This document shows positions 32,397 through 44,322 of a stretch of 64,000 nt of DNA, piece after piece. Position 1 is the first letter of the stretch. Every line of letters begins with the position of its first letter. The stretch is from assembly GCA_965603825.1 (NCBI GenBank), contig CBFDEM010000005.1, positions 248,001 to 312,000 on the forward strand. The letters are read 5' to 3'. The notes beneath the pieces were generated by a model, which saw nothing but the letters and a program-made list of their open reading frames with translations, ran no database searches and was not told the origin of the DNA. This DNA is from Blepharisma stoltei ATCC 30299 (Eukaryota; Protista; Ciliophora). Made by a program: the position numbers and the translations under genes.

Positions 32397-35300
32397 TTAT
32401 TTTCTATTAATAATGTCAAGCACATGTCTCTCCATTATTTTATTCACATCAGCCTCTGTTTTTTTCTTCATAAAATTCATTTGAAGATCTCTATTCTTAG
32501 GAACTATAGCTGCTTTTTCTCTCGGCCTTTGTGGCTCTTTTGGGGCAGGCTTTATAGGCAGTTTATTATTTTGATTATTTGTCTTCGGCATAGTAATCCT
32601 AGACTGCACTTCGCTTCAGCTTTTGCACTCATAGAACATATTTCTTTCTTTAAACGACTCAATTAGCTTTTGCCACAGCTCATTTCTTTGCAAGCACTCT
32701 GCCTTCCCCACAATCCATAACCCAAACTTCGCTCTTGTAATAGCGACATTCATTCTTCTATAATCTGACAAGAAGCCAACAGTATTCCCAGATCTCACTG
32801 CTGAGAAAATTATCAAATCTTTTTCTCGGCCTTGAAACCCATCTACAGTATTAACTTCAATGTCAGATTTTCAATCACTTTCATATCTTTTATATAGCAA
32901 CTCTCGTATAAGTTTAGCCTGCTTTTTATAAGGAGTGATAATCCCTATATTGAGTTTCATTCTGTGTATGCAGGAAAAATGGTTATAAATTCCCATGATA
33001 AATTCTGCTTCGTTAATATTTTGTATACTTGTGTCATCATAAGTTCTGGACTCAAAAGATGTTTTTAGATCAAAGAAAATTACTTCTTGGGCAGGCATCC
33101 AGTAAGGTTTTTCACGATTGTCTAGCTCTTCTGCAACTTGAAGTCTGCCTTCATAGAAATAAAGTGATGGAAAGCAGCAAATTTCTTTGGTCATTCTGTA
33201 TTGGATTTCAAGCATAATTACTTCTGCGCCACCTTGCATAAGCCTTTCAAAAAGAGATCTATTGTAGAGAACATTTTGAGAATTTTGGCAAAATGTAGTG
33301 GCTGGAAGCTGACGAGGATCTCCCACCAATACAGCGTGCCTTGCTTTGTATTGCAGAGGAATTAGAGTGCTTAATTCTATGCTTTGGCAAGCCTCATCTA
33401 TCAGCACATAGTCAAAATCATGAGGAACTGCTTGAATCTCTTTAGATCCAGCCCCACTTAGTGTGCAAAATATTATGTCAGATTTACATAAAATGTCCAA
33501 TTCTTGAGCTTTTCTTCGATCTCTATATTTATCTCTGTTATGCTTAATTCTATACATATTGCTTGTTAATGTATTTTTTTCTACAGTAAATTTTTCTTTT
33601 TCCTTTATGTTTATTTTTTTTGATAGTCAATTAATGTTCCTTTCAACATTATTTAGTTTTTTTTTAATTTCATTTAACTCTTCTTGTTGATCAATTAGCC
33701 CTTCTTTTTTGAGCCTTCCGGAGACTAAATTGCCTAGCATGATACTTTGAACAGATTTTGGTGGCTCTCTTGCATCATTAGGATTTTTCTGTCGAAGCTC
33801 AAGGTGCTGAGAATTAAAATTCCCAATGCGGACAAATGATAGGTCATCCCTTTTATTCCCTGCTTCGTTGAACAGACCTTGCTCTATTGCTCGACAAGCC
33901 AGCTCATCAATGGCTGCATTACTTGGTGCGCATACTAGGAGACGTGGCTTTTCACCCGAATTAATTTTTGATAGTAAAAATGATGACATAATGCCTAGTA
34001 GTGTTTGAGTTTTTCCAGTCCCTGGAGGCCCTTGCAAAAGTGTAATGCCAGTTGTTTTACTGCAGATCTTTTGAATGGCATCATATTGAGATGCATTATA
34101 AATTCTTTCAATATTTCTAAAATAATTTACTGGAGCACAAGGAATGCTGATCAAGCTTTTTTTTGCAGGATTCATTATAAATTCATTAAGGTCCAGAAAT
34201 TCTGCAAGCTTTATCATCCTGAACTCTCTTATTAATGTTGACAGAGAATCTACGTAAATTACATTGAAAGGTTTTGAGAACTCAATATCTTCTAATTTTT
34301 TTAAATTTGCTTTTATCATCCAGCTGCTATTAGAATTTTCCCGTTCACATACTCCAAAAAAATATATAGGTTTCAGGTTTAGGAGTTCAGCAAAAGAGGC
34401 TGGAATATTATTGGTTTCTTGTAAAGAAAAAACGAGCACTAAATCGTCTTGCTTAAGAGAATGGTAAAAGGAAAACTCTCCTCCTCTTTTTTCTTCTCCT
34501 GGAGCTATAAATCCATAGTCTCCTTGATCGCTATGAGGGATAAGTTCTAGCAGAGAGCTTGAAGAAAAATTCGCCTGGCTTAAAGCACAGAAAACAAGGG
34601 CTCTAAGCTCGTCAAAAAATGCAGGAAAAAAAGATTCCTTATAGAATTTCCCATTTTTAAATTCTAGAGGAATTTGTTTGTTAGCTAAAAACCTGCCTTC
34701 TAAATTTTGGAGGTCAAGACTTAGTGCAAAGCTATAAAATTCTTCAATAGAAAATCGATTGCAAAATCTTAAACTTTTTTCATTTGCTTCTAACTGAGAT
34801 TGAATTCATTCTTCTGATAAACTCTCAGACATGTGTTTTGTTTCCTCTTGAAGTTCTTTTTCTTGATATCCTTTATTTCTGGTTTTTTCTTTTTGTTGTT
34901 TTTCTCTTTCCTTTTTGTCTGTTTCTTGTTTCATGAAATCATTGAGCTTTAGCATCAGTTTTTGTTTTTTAATAATTTTATCATTTTCTTCTTTTTCTTT
35001 TCTTTCTCTTTTGGTTGGGATTTCAGGTTCTTGAGATTTAGTCGTAAGATTATTTTGTTTCCACCTTAGCAGCTCGTTAAGCGCATTTTCTTCAGATGTT
35101 TTCTTATATGCAAGTCAAAATGGATATTGAGGTTTTTTAATTCCTATATCAAGATGGGGATTAGACCTTGGCAAAATATGTGATTTGTGCTCTACTTGAG
35201 ATGTAGGCTCAGAGTATTTCTTTGGATATGGAGCTGGAGGAGGCTCATACCAATCATCAAGTGACACATCACCCTCATTGTCATTATGCAATTCTTTGAG

Positions 35301-35498
35301 TCTCTCTGAAATTGTGTTAAGAAAAGAAGTAGATTTTATAGTAATTTTAGGGCTTGAAGTAATTGCATTTTCAGTTGGCTTTAAGTATGATTTAGTTGAT
35401 ACTTTAGGATTTGGACTCTCAGTGAGATCAATAAATTTTTTGGTGAGGGGATCTGATCTTAAATCTTCTGTTAGGTCTACAACACAAGAATTTTTCAT
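32397..35498 (-). CDS. Sen1/senataxin-like (Upf1-family SF1B) RNA/DNA helicase (1033 aa)
   Basis: [80 protein letters not shown]. Five same-frame ORFs are joined by TGA=Trp. Confidence 0.92.
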
Positions 35499-36322
35499 TT
35501 TGAAGATTATGATGCAATAGCTAAATGGGGGATTTTAGAAAATTTATTTAATAAATTAATTAATATTAATTTCAATTTAATAGTAAAAAAGCTTAGCTGG
35601 AATTAAACATAAATATGTATATCAAACGCGCCAAAAGGCAAAAAAATATGCAGTGGAAACTTTAGCTTTTTATATTGGGCTCGACTTGAGCTGTTTGTCA
35701 AAAATAATATAATAAAAGAATTAACCTTGGCCATAAGATAAAAATAATAGAGAAATAAGCTTATGAAATATAATCAAAATTATTTGAAGATATATAGGAA
35801 TTAAAAGCATGAAAAGCAGATCAGCTATCTGTTAAGATTTTAGATGCATATTTAAAGAGAATAGGAATGAAAGTAAACAAGAAATGATAAAAGTAGATTA
35901 AAAAATTTATCTATTTGGGAAACATCATGGTAAGTAGCTATGAAGCTGTACTTAACCTTTCATATAAAGTCTGAGCTCTTTCTGAAATTCTAAAAGGCTA
36001 GTTTGCATATTGTCAGAGTATTGCTAAAAGGTGCAGGATAAGCATATTAAATAAAAAACTAGAAGCTTTCTTTTTTCAATATTCAATTTTATTTATTATG
36101 ACTAAAAATATACGATGCGCAATTAATAATGAAAGGACAGAGAGCATCAAATTTAAAGCAAGCAATATATGATAAGAAATTAATATATTTTATAGGTAAA
36201 AAATGAAAAATAATAATTTATGTATAAATTATATAGGAAGCAAATCGATGAAAATAAGCATTAGAGGTAATAAATAATAAATTCTGTATGCTTTCTTAAA
36301 ATTCTATAATAAATTAATCTCA

Positions 36323-37990
36323 TTATTTTCTTGCGAAAAAATGATCCAAAGTCAACCCTTTATTCGCTTTTTTATTTTTACTTCCAAAATCCAGTGAGAT
36401 TGATTTTCTTTTTTCTCCATCCTCCCCATTGCAGCTTGATATATGAATATTCATCCTATATTCACTCATGGTATATCACTCCCCACAGTTAGGGCATTGC
36501 AATCTCATCAACTTAACTCCGCTTGGTTTAGGCTCTTCATTCTCCATTTTATCAGGTTTTATTGAAGTATGTAGAAAAGAATTCACAAACTCTTCTTTTG
36601 ATGTTTTTTGCTGAGGCTCAGAGATTGATCTATTATTTTGGCTTTTTCTTTTCTGCCTTCCATAACTTAAATTATTTGCTTTTAAACCTAATAATCTGAT
36701 TTGGCCAATTGGTGATAGCAACTCCAGCTGTTTTAAAGCTAGCTTTGTTATATCCTCAAGCTTATGAATAAATTTTTTTGATGTTTCAGATCTATTTATA
36801 ACTTCATAATTCAAGGTTTTTATAGTCACTGTAAGGTTTTTGCATTCAGCGTCTTTTTCTTCTAATTCTTTTGCTATTGTTTCACAAAAGGATTTTAATT
36901 TTTCTTCAATTTCTTGTAAATTGCCAGTAGGTGGGAATGTCCTAGAAATGCTGACGCTTTTGTGCTCTTCCGATGCAGACTGAGGATGATGAGTTGGTCC
37001 TAACCCTAAAGCAGATTTTAATAAAAATACAAGAGAAGTTTCATTGAAAACAAAGCTGATTTCTAGCTTTTTCTTTAAAATATCTTGGCATTTTTTAACT
37101 CCAAGCTCATTTAATAGCTTCTCTAGCACTTTTCCACATCCAGGGACTTTTCTGACATTTTGTTTTTCAATAAAATCTATAATAGCTGCTTTTTCTGGCT
37201 GCAAATAAAATTGTCCATTAGGCTTGTTTATTTCTGTAGCCATTTTTGCAAGTAGTTTATTACTTGCGATTCCTGCCGATGCTGTAAGCTGAGTGCTGGT
37301 GAAAATTTTTTCACGAATTTCGTTCGCAAGAGCTTGTCTGCCTTCATGAGTATCTAGCCCTCTATCTTTAAGCACAGGAGTTACCCATAAGCTCGCTTCA
37401 TCTAGCCCAAGACTTTCAAAACTTTGGTCATATTCTTTAAAAATTTCTCGAATTTTTTCACCTTCACAATGATATTTGCTAAAATTCGGAGGAACAAATA
37501 TAAGATCTGGGCACAATCGTTGGCCAATAAAGCCTGGCATAGCACTTCTTACACCAAATCGTCTTGCAATATAATTTGCTGTAGTAATCATTTGGTAATC
37601 ACCTACAGCTATAGGCTTATCAGCTAGCTCAGGGTTATCCCTTATTTCTACAGATGCATAAAACATATCCATATCAATATGGATCCAAGTTTCTGATAAT
37701 TCCCTTTCTTTTTCATAGTCTCTGAGCTTTTGATCTATTTCATCTGAACGTACTTTGATGTATCTCGGACCTTTTGCGATATTTTTCTGGATTTCGTTTT
37801 TCATTGAGTTTGCTTTCTTTTTGATTTGGTCAATTTTATGCTGCTCATGCTTGAAATAATCAGTATTTTTGGAAGCTTCGTAAATGATTCTGTCGATTTT
37901 GTCACGATTTATACCTTTCATGCCAGCTTTTTCATTGGTGAAATTACAAATGAGATCATATTTGCTGCTAGGAGGATCATCGTTATCCAA
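36323..37990 (-). CDS. POLK: DNA polymerase kappa (Y-family DinB) with C-terminal UBZ finger and PIP box; start codon uncertain
   Basis: N-clasp NEKAGMKGINRDKIDRIIYEASK, HIDMDMFYASVE, TANYIARRFGVRSAMP, LGLDEA, LAKMATEINKPNGQ. TGA 36476 extends the ORF to UBZ CPNCGEW..NIHISSC and TLDHFFARK*. The 5' end is a TTG with no upstream in-frame ATG. Confidence 0.92.
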
Positions 37991-38066
37991 AAAAATTATT
38001 AGTGGAGTATGAGGAAGATGGGTAGTGCCTTTAAATTTAATAAATGTTTTAAGGTATTATTTTAAA

Positions 38067-41000
38067 ATGATAGAAAATGCGCTATTATTTGGAATACTCA
38101 TCTGTGGAATATACCCATCATTATTGTCAGCAATTTATGTCTCAGTTGCTTTTGCATATTTCTTTGATGTTGCATTTCTAAAAAAGAACAAACACAAAAT
38201 TTATAAAGGTCTAATTGGATACTCTTTTATAGTGATTATATGGAAATTTTTGGCAATAATAATTTTCTATTCTGATAAGAATTCAGAATTATTTAAGGGA
38301 AATGATGAATTATTAAAAGTTTTTGGAATTTTTTTATCAAACCATGCATATTTCGACTCTGATGCAGCTTTAACTATATTTCCAGATCTATCAGTTCTGC
38401 TTGCCACAATATTTTTAGTTAAATACACAAAGAAATACGATTTATGAGTTAAAAAGAAAATTCTAGATTTGCATGACAAGCAAGAGACTAGTGAAGAGTT
38501 AGGAGTTCTTACTGATTCCCCAATGGAAAGGAAAAAAATATCATTTTTTTGAAAAATTATAGCTTATTTAAACTATTTATTGGAACTGTTTAGCGTTTGA
38601 ATAACTTTTCTAATACTTTTTTTGATTATGCTCTTATCTGACTTAAACTTTATCAACTTTGGCAGATTTTTTATTATTTGCTACTTTTTATCATATTTAA
38701 TGATTAAAATGCAGAAAACTATAAATAATTCATTGAGGCAAGTTTTTGTAAAGTGAAAATTCCTCACAATTTATAGCTTTTCAACATTTGCCATTAGGTA
38801 TCTCTATCAATTTTGTGGATATTTTTATGATATTAATAATGATATTACTGGCATTATAGGATTAGCATCCTTTAGTGTTGACTCATTTTATAAAATTATG
38901 ATATGTGAATGCATTATTTTATGCACACTATTATTTTTTTCAAATAATTATCAAAAAATTTCTATGCATGAAGATGAACTAAGCCCTATTTATTCTTGAA
39001 TTAAATCTATAGAAGTAAAAGAGGTAAATTTGGTAAAATTATTTGCTTCTTTAGGTAAGCATTTCAATTTACTGCTCTTTTTGGTAATTTTTCTTATTTC
39101 AATTTTCAGAAGGCTTTCGATATCAATGCTGGTCTATTTATTTTTTATTGGAAGATATTGTATGAAAATATGCTATGAGTATTGCAAAAATATAGAAAAT
39201 GAAATAGAAAAAGATTACAGTAAAGATTTACTTATAAGGTTAAAACTATGACTTCAGCTATTTTATTTGACCATAATCTGCATTTTGATATCATATTTAA
39301 GTTTTATTATAAATTTCACAGATTTTGGAGAAGGTTTTCTTGAATATGCACAGTGATTTTATTTTTTATTTGGCTTTAGTGTGGCTCCTGATGATGATCT
39401 TTTGATAGCTCAAAATTATGAGTATATTTGCATTTTGATTTCATTAATTATAGAAAAATTATGTATTGAAGCCCTGCAAAATAATGAATCTAGAAGTGCA
39501 CTTCATAGTGAATCTTACTGAAAACTGTTATCTCTTCTAAAACTTTTCGCTGAGGCGATCGTACCAGCAATGCTATTAACAATAGCTTTTGCTAGGATTA
39601 CTTTTATAAGTATTATTTATGTTTTCACAGTGATTTATATGATATTTTCAGCTACTCCAGATATACGAGCTAAAATTTCCAATAAAGTAGTTGTTTTTAT
39701 GATATGGCTTGAATACATACTTTATCTTACCAATTTAGGAGACGATTCTCCGATTCCCGTGCCAAAGATAAAAGGAAACCCTATACCTTGAATAAAAGAA
39801 ATAAACTGAAACTCTGATTACCCAGAATTTTTAAATGTTGGGGTGGATTTTAGCCAAGTTAAAAAAACATTTGGAGAATTGTTTTTGCTTATAGTTATTC
39901 AAGCTTATTTTATTTATTTATCTAATCTTGGCACAGAGTTGCAGGTATTGCCATTAGACAGAGCAATGAGCAGAACATCAAAATTATCTATGAAAATTTT
40001 GATTTTTATAAAAAATGTTATATATTCAAGCTGCCATTATTTTTCTCTTTTTATTAGTCTTTTATTTGTAATTCAAAGTCCTGGACTAATCTCACTTGTT
40101 TTTTGTCTTTTTTGTTTATTTTTTATATTCAAGGCAAATGATATTTATAAATCTCAAGAAAAATTTGAACAATACAGACAAGCTTTCAAGAATTACTTAA
40201 TTATTTTTATAATTATTGAGTTAACACTTCAAATAATTTATCAAATTCCTTTGCATTCATATTATCCCTCTGTTTTCAAAGAAATATTGGAGGCGTTTGG
40301 ATTGGTACAGTTGTGGAGTGCAGGAGAGTCTGGGATTGGAAGTACTAATATACAGAGAAAAAGAATATTTCTTAAGGTCTATTCATTCGGACTGTTACTT
40401 CTTGCTTATAGAATTATGAAGAATTCTGATTTTCAAGTTTATATTAATAAAAAAAGAGAAAAATTCAATGGAAAGGCAATATTAATTGGAATTAAAATGG
40501 CTCAAAAATTCAATGACAAGAGGGTGAGAAAAAATAATCAATATATTGCCAAAAAAGAAAAATTCGAAAATGAACTGAGAAAATTAGATTATATGATCAA
40601 TTCATGAAATAATATTTTCTATGGAAATGAATCTGGAAGAGTAAAGATAGAAAGGTCTAAAACAATCAACCAGGAGGCAATAGATATGAATGCTGAGCTG
40701 AAAATAGATGCAAAGCGAAAGTTTGAAAAATTTTTGCTTTATTTTATTAATGAAGTACTTTTTGAAAAATTTATAAATTCTCTGTATCATGAACCTTCAG
40801 TGTCTAATAATGATGAAAGTGTTTCGTGTGAGTCAGTAGCAGAAGAGAGGTCGCTTTATGAAATCAATTTTTCAATTGAAGAATCATCTGAGAATGATTT
40901 CGAAAAAAATAAGATTTTTCAAATGAAATTCAAAGATTATTTTATAGCTATCCTTTTGGGAATTCTGAGCAACACAGAAAGCATTGTTTATTTCATGTTT

Positions 41001-43292
41001 ATAATGAATCATATAATTTATGCAAGCCTTGAATCAATAGTTTTCCCTCTCTCTATTTTTGCTTATGCATTATTAGAATATCCTCGGCCTCGTCCTATAT
41101 ATTTCCGAATAATGACATTGTATGCCCAATTAGTAATTATTATTAAATACATCTTCCAACTTTCTCTTTGAAAGCTTTTATTTGGTGATGATGTCTTTAA
41201 AACTTACTATGACACTGGAAAAATAGGTTTCAACTTAGCAAGTAATACATATAGTGAAAATTTGATTAATTATGTCATTTTAGATGCCTTATGCATGCTT
41301 GCTCTTTATGCACATGAATATTATTTAATGAGAACAGGACTAAGTGAGCGAAGCGAAACTGAGATTGAGTCTTTGGAAGAAGCTTATGCTAGAAATTCTC
41401 TTGAATATCCTGACATGCCAATAATTCATATAGACGAAAACCAAGGATTTTTTAAAAAAATCATATTAAAACTCAACCTGTTTTTGCAGCGTTTAACACC
41501 TTATAATAAAGATGAAAAACCTGGAATTGACTTGTACACACCTATAATTCTTATACAATTATGAATATTTATATATCTTTTGTTTTTCTTTTCAAAAATG
41601 GACTGAAATTATAGTAGCGCTTCAAATGTTTTTGTGTAAGTTTAACATAGGACGAATTCTTTCCCCGGAAGAATGGTTGTAGCTCTTTTATTTCATTTAT
41701 TTATTATGCTTTTAGATCGATTTTTATATTTAAAAAGTACAAAGAAAGAAGTTGAAATATATATTGATCAAATAAATATTGGATGAGAGTGAAGATCAGT
41801 AGGGAGATTTTCTTTGCATATTCTTTTAGTTTTAACTGTTCATGCACTGGTCTTCTGGTATTTCCCTATCAATGGAAACAATGGAATGTCAGGGACTCCA
41901 TACTGCCTAAACTTATTTGAAGAAAAGCATTGCAATAATTTTCAAGTCAATTTTGCATTACAATGGTTTTATATTTTTTATGTCATTTATTTTATTTTAG
42001 TTACTTTGCAGTTTCAAGTCGGTCTTCCAAGTTTGAGAGAAGTTTCTTTTCCATTGATGAGGCATACCGATAAAACTTCCAATATTTTTTTTAAGATATA
42101 TAGAGGCCTGCCATTTGTATTTGAATTAAGAACTGTTATAGATTGATCTTTAACAAAAACTTCTTTGGTTTTTTTTGATTGATTAAGATTTGAAGATATA
42201 AATGCACAGCTGTACCAAAACCAATGCGATGCTGAAAGTAATAAGTCACATATAAAAGGGCAAACTATAGGGATTTTTTCTAAAATTTTCATTGGCGGAT
42301 GTGTCATTTTATTTATCTTAGCAAGCATTTTCGCACCTTTGATTATTTTCAGCTCTTTAAATCCGATCATATATGAAAATTCTGTAAAAAAGATGAGCAT
42401 CGAGATCGGAATAGTGACAGTTAACAATAACTATTATAATATTTTTACAGGATCAAAAGCATCAATATTGAAACACATCACATCTAAAGAGTGAAGCGAA
42501 TTAAATTTCAATTCATTGAATGATGTAGTCGCTACTGAAAAAGATATAACACAAATAATCCAATTAGAAACCATCCCAGATAATTTTTGGATAATATCCC
42601 CAACCGCAAAAAAATTATTATGCACTTCATTAACGTCTTATAATTCCTCTTTCCCTGATTATTATTTGCAAGCAATTTATAGTTTTGAAAGAAAATACCC
42701 AGCTTCTCAAACCCAAGTCCAGAATAATAAAAAGAAAAAATTAACAAATGACCAAGTTCATGCCTTAGCAAATATAATATGCAATAATAGTAATGAAACT
42801 TTTAGCTGCCCAAAATGTTTTCCTGAAGTTATTATGATTCAGAGTGCAGGAGACGCAATTTCACCATCATTTATTACAGACACAGATTATTATTTGCAGT
42901 TAGATATGAAATATGCAGGTAATTCAAGCTATTGAGAGGCTGGGTTTTGATGAAATGGAAATTTCAATGGCTTGAAATTTTATGTGATTTCAAATAATTA
43001 TAGCCCTGTCACTTTGAATTTCTCATTGATTACGTTCTATATATCAGTTGTGCTTTTAATAGGAAGGATTTTAAGGTCGATTGTGTCTGGATTGGCACAA
43101 AATATTGTTATGACGGTGATGCCAAATCCTAAACCGCTAATTAATCTTTGTGAAGGGATTTACGTAAGCAGAATCACCGGAGATTTAGAGAGAGAAGATG
43201 AATTATATCACGAGTTGATTGATATAGCAAGATCCCCAGAAATCATAAAAATAATCACTGGCAGGTCTTCTATCAAAAACAAAAATGAGTAA
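38067..43292 (+). CDS. Piezo-family mechanosensitive channel (about 1736 aa; one 15-nt intron; more than 20 TGA=Trp codons)
   Basis: All fragments share one frame. Motifs PFVFELRTVID-W-SLTKTSL..D-W-LRFEDI, MLLDRFLYL, YALLEYPRP, FYISVVLLIGRILR, LCEGIYVSR...EDELYHELIDIARSPEII. Confidence 0.92.
41636..41650 (+). other. 15-nt spliceosomal intron GTAAGTTTAACATAG (Piezo)
   Basis: Removes two in-frame TAA codons and restores VFV-TNSFPGRMV. Confidence 0.9.
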
Positions 43293-43595
43293 AAATATTT
43301 AAATTAGGAGTTCAAATTAATAATAAATATAGAAACAATTGAGAAAAATGTTTATATGAAATTTACAAGATTGTGAGCTTAGACTAAGCTATAATAATAA
43401 AATTTTACAAGCTTAGCAACAAAATAGCTTGTTTATGCTATAAAGCTTTAAATTTCACTTAAAACATATTGCGAGAATGCAATTGTTTATTTAAATAGTG
43501 ATTAAAATTGATTAAAATAAATTTAATTAAAATATTAGTTTTATAACTCGCTTTTAAATTATTTTACCATATCGGTGGCGCTCTACAATATTTAC

Positions 43596-44021
43596 TTAAT
43601 TGCAGCTCACCATTTCTCTCTGATTTTTCTCAGACAAGTTCTTCCGATTTTTAATATACTTATAGAGCCTTTTAACTTTAATAAAACCCTTTCCAGCTTG
43701 ATTTTTAATTGAACTTGTCCATTCATCATAATTAGAAGCATCCCATATTTCGATTGCTGTTATTGTTACCAAAAATATTTTATGGGAATTATAAAATAAC
43801 GCTAAAACACATCCTTGGTTAAGTAAAAAGTCAACATAATGGCTTGCTACATTTTGGAAGATATAGAAACCAAATTTCTCATGAGGCTTTTGCTGCATTC
43901 TTATATTCTGCAGCCATGCATTTCCATCGTTGCTTTTAATTACTTTTTCTTTGGATTTTAAAGAAATCTTTATATTTCTCTTGCTGAACGAGTAGGGCTC
44001 AATATTTTCCTGAACTTCCAT
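43596..44021 (-). CDS. Hypothetical protein (141 aa)
   Basis: ATG-to-TAA ORF set in AT-rich flanks. Confidence 0.55.
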   Translation of the reverse strand: MEVQENIEPYSFSKRNIKISLKSKEKVIKSNDGNAWLQNIRMQQKPHEKFGFYIFQNVASHYVDFLLNQGCVLALFYNSHKIFLVTITAIEIWDASNYDEWTSSIKNQAGKGFIKVKRLYKYIKNRKNLSEKNQREMVSCN

Positions 44022-44322
44022 TATTAAATTATAAAGCTGAAGCTAAAATATGAAGCTTCTACAATTTCCTGAAAAGTGTGCATAATAAATATTGAACTGG
44101 TAATGCATTTATTGGGTCAAAAATTGATTAAAGCATATGGTGGAATTGTGCTATGTTAATAAAAACAAAAGAATTGCAATAAAAAAAATATAAATAGCAT
44201 ATGATCAATTAGAAAGATAAAATTACTCTGGATGCCTGTATTTAAGAAATGCTATTAAAAGTATATAGAAATAGCTACTTTCTCTATAAAAGTTTTAAAA
44301 GTGACTAGAAACTTAAATCATG

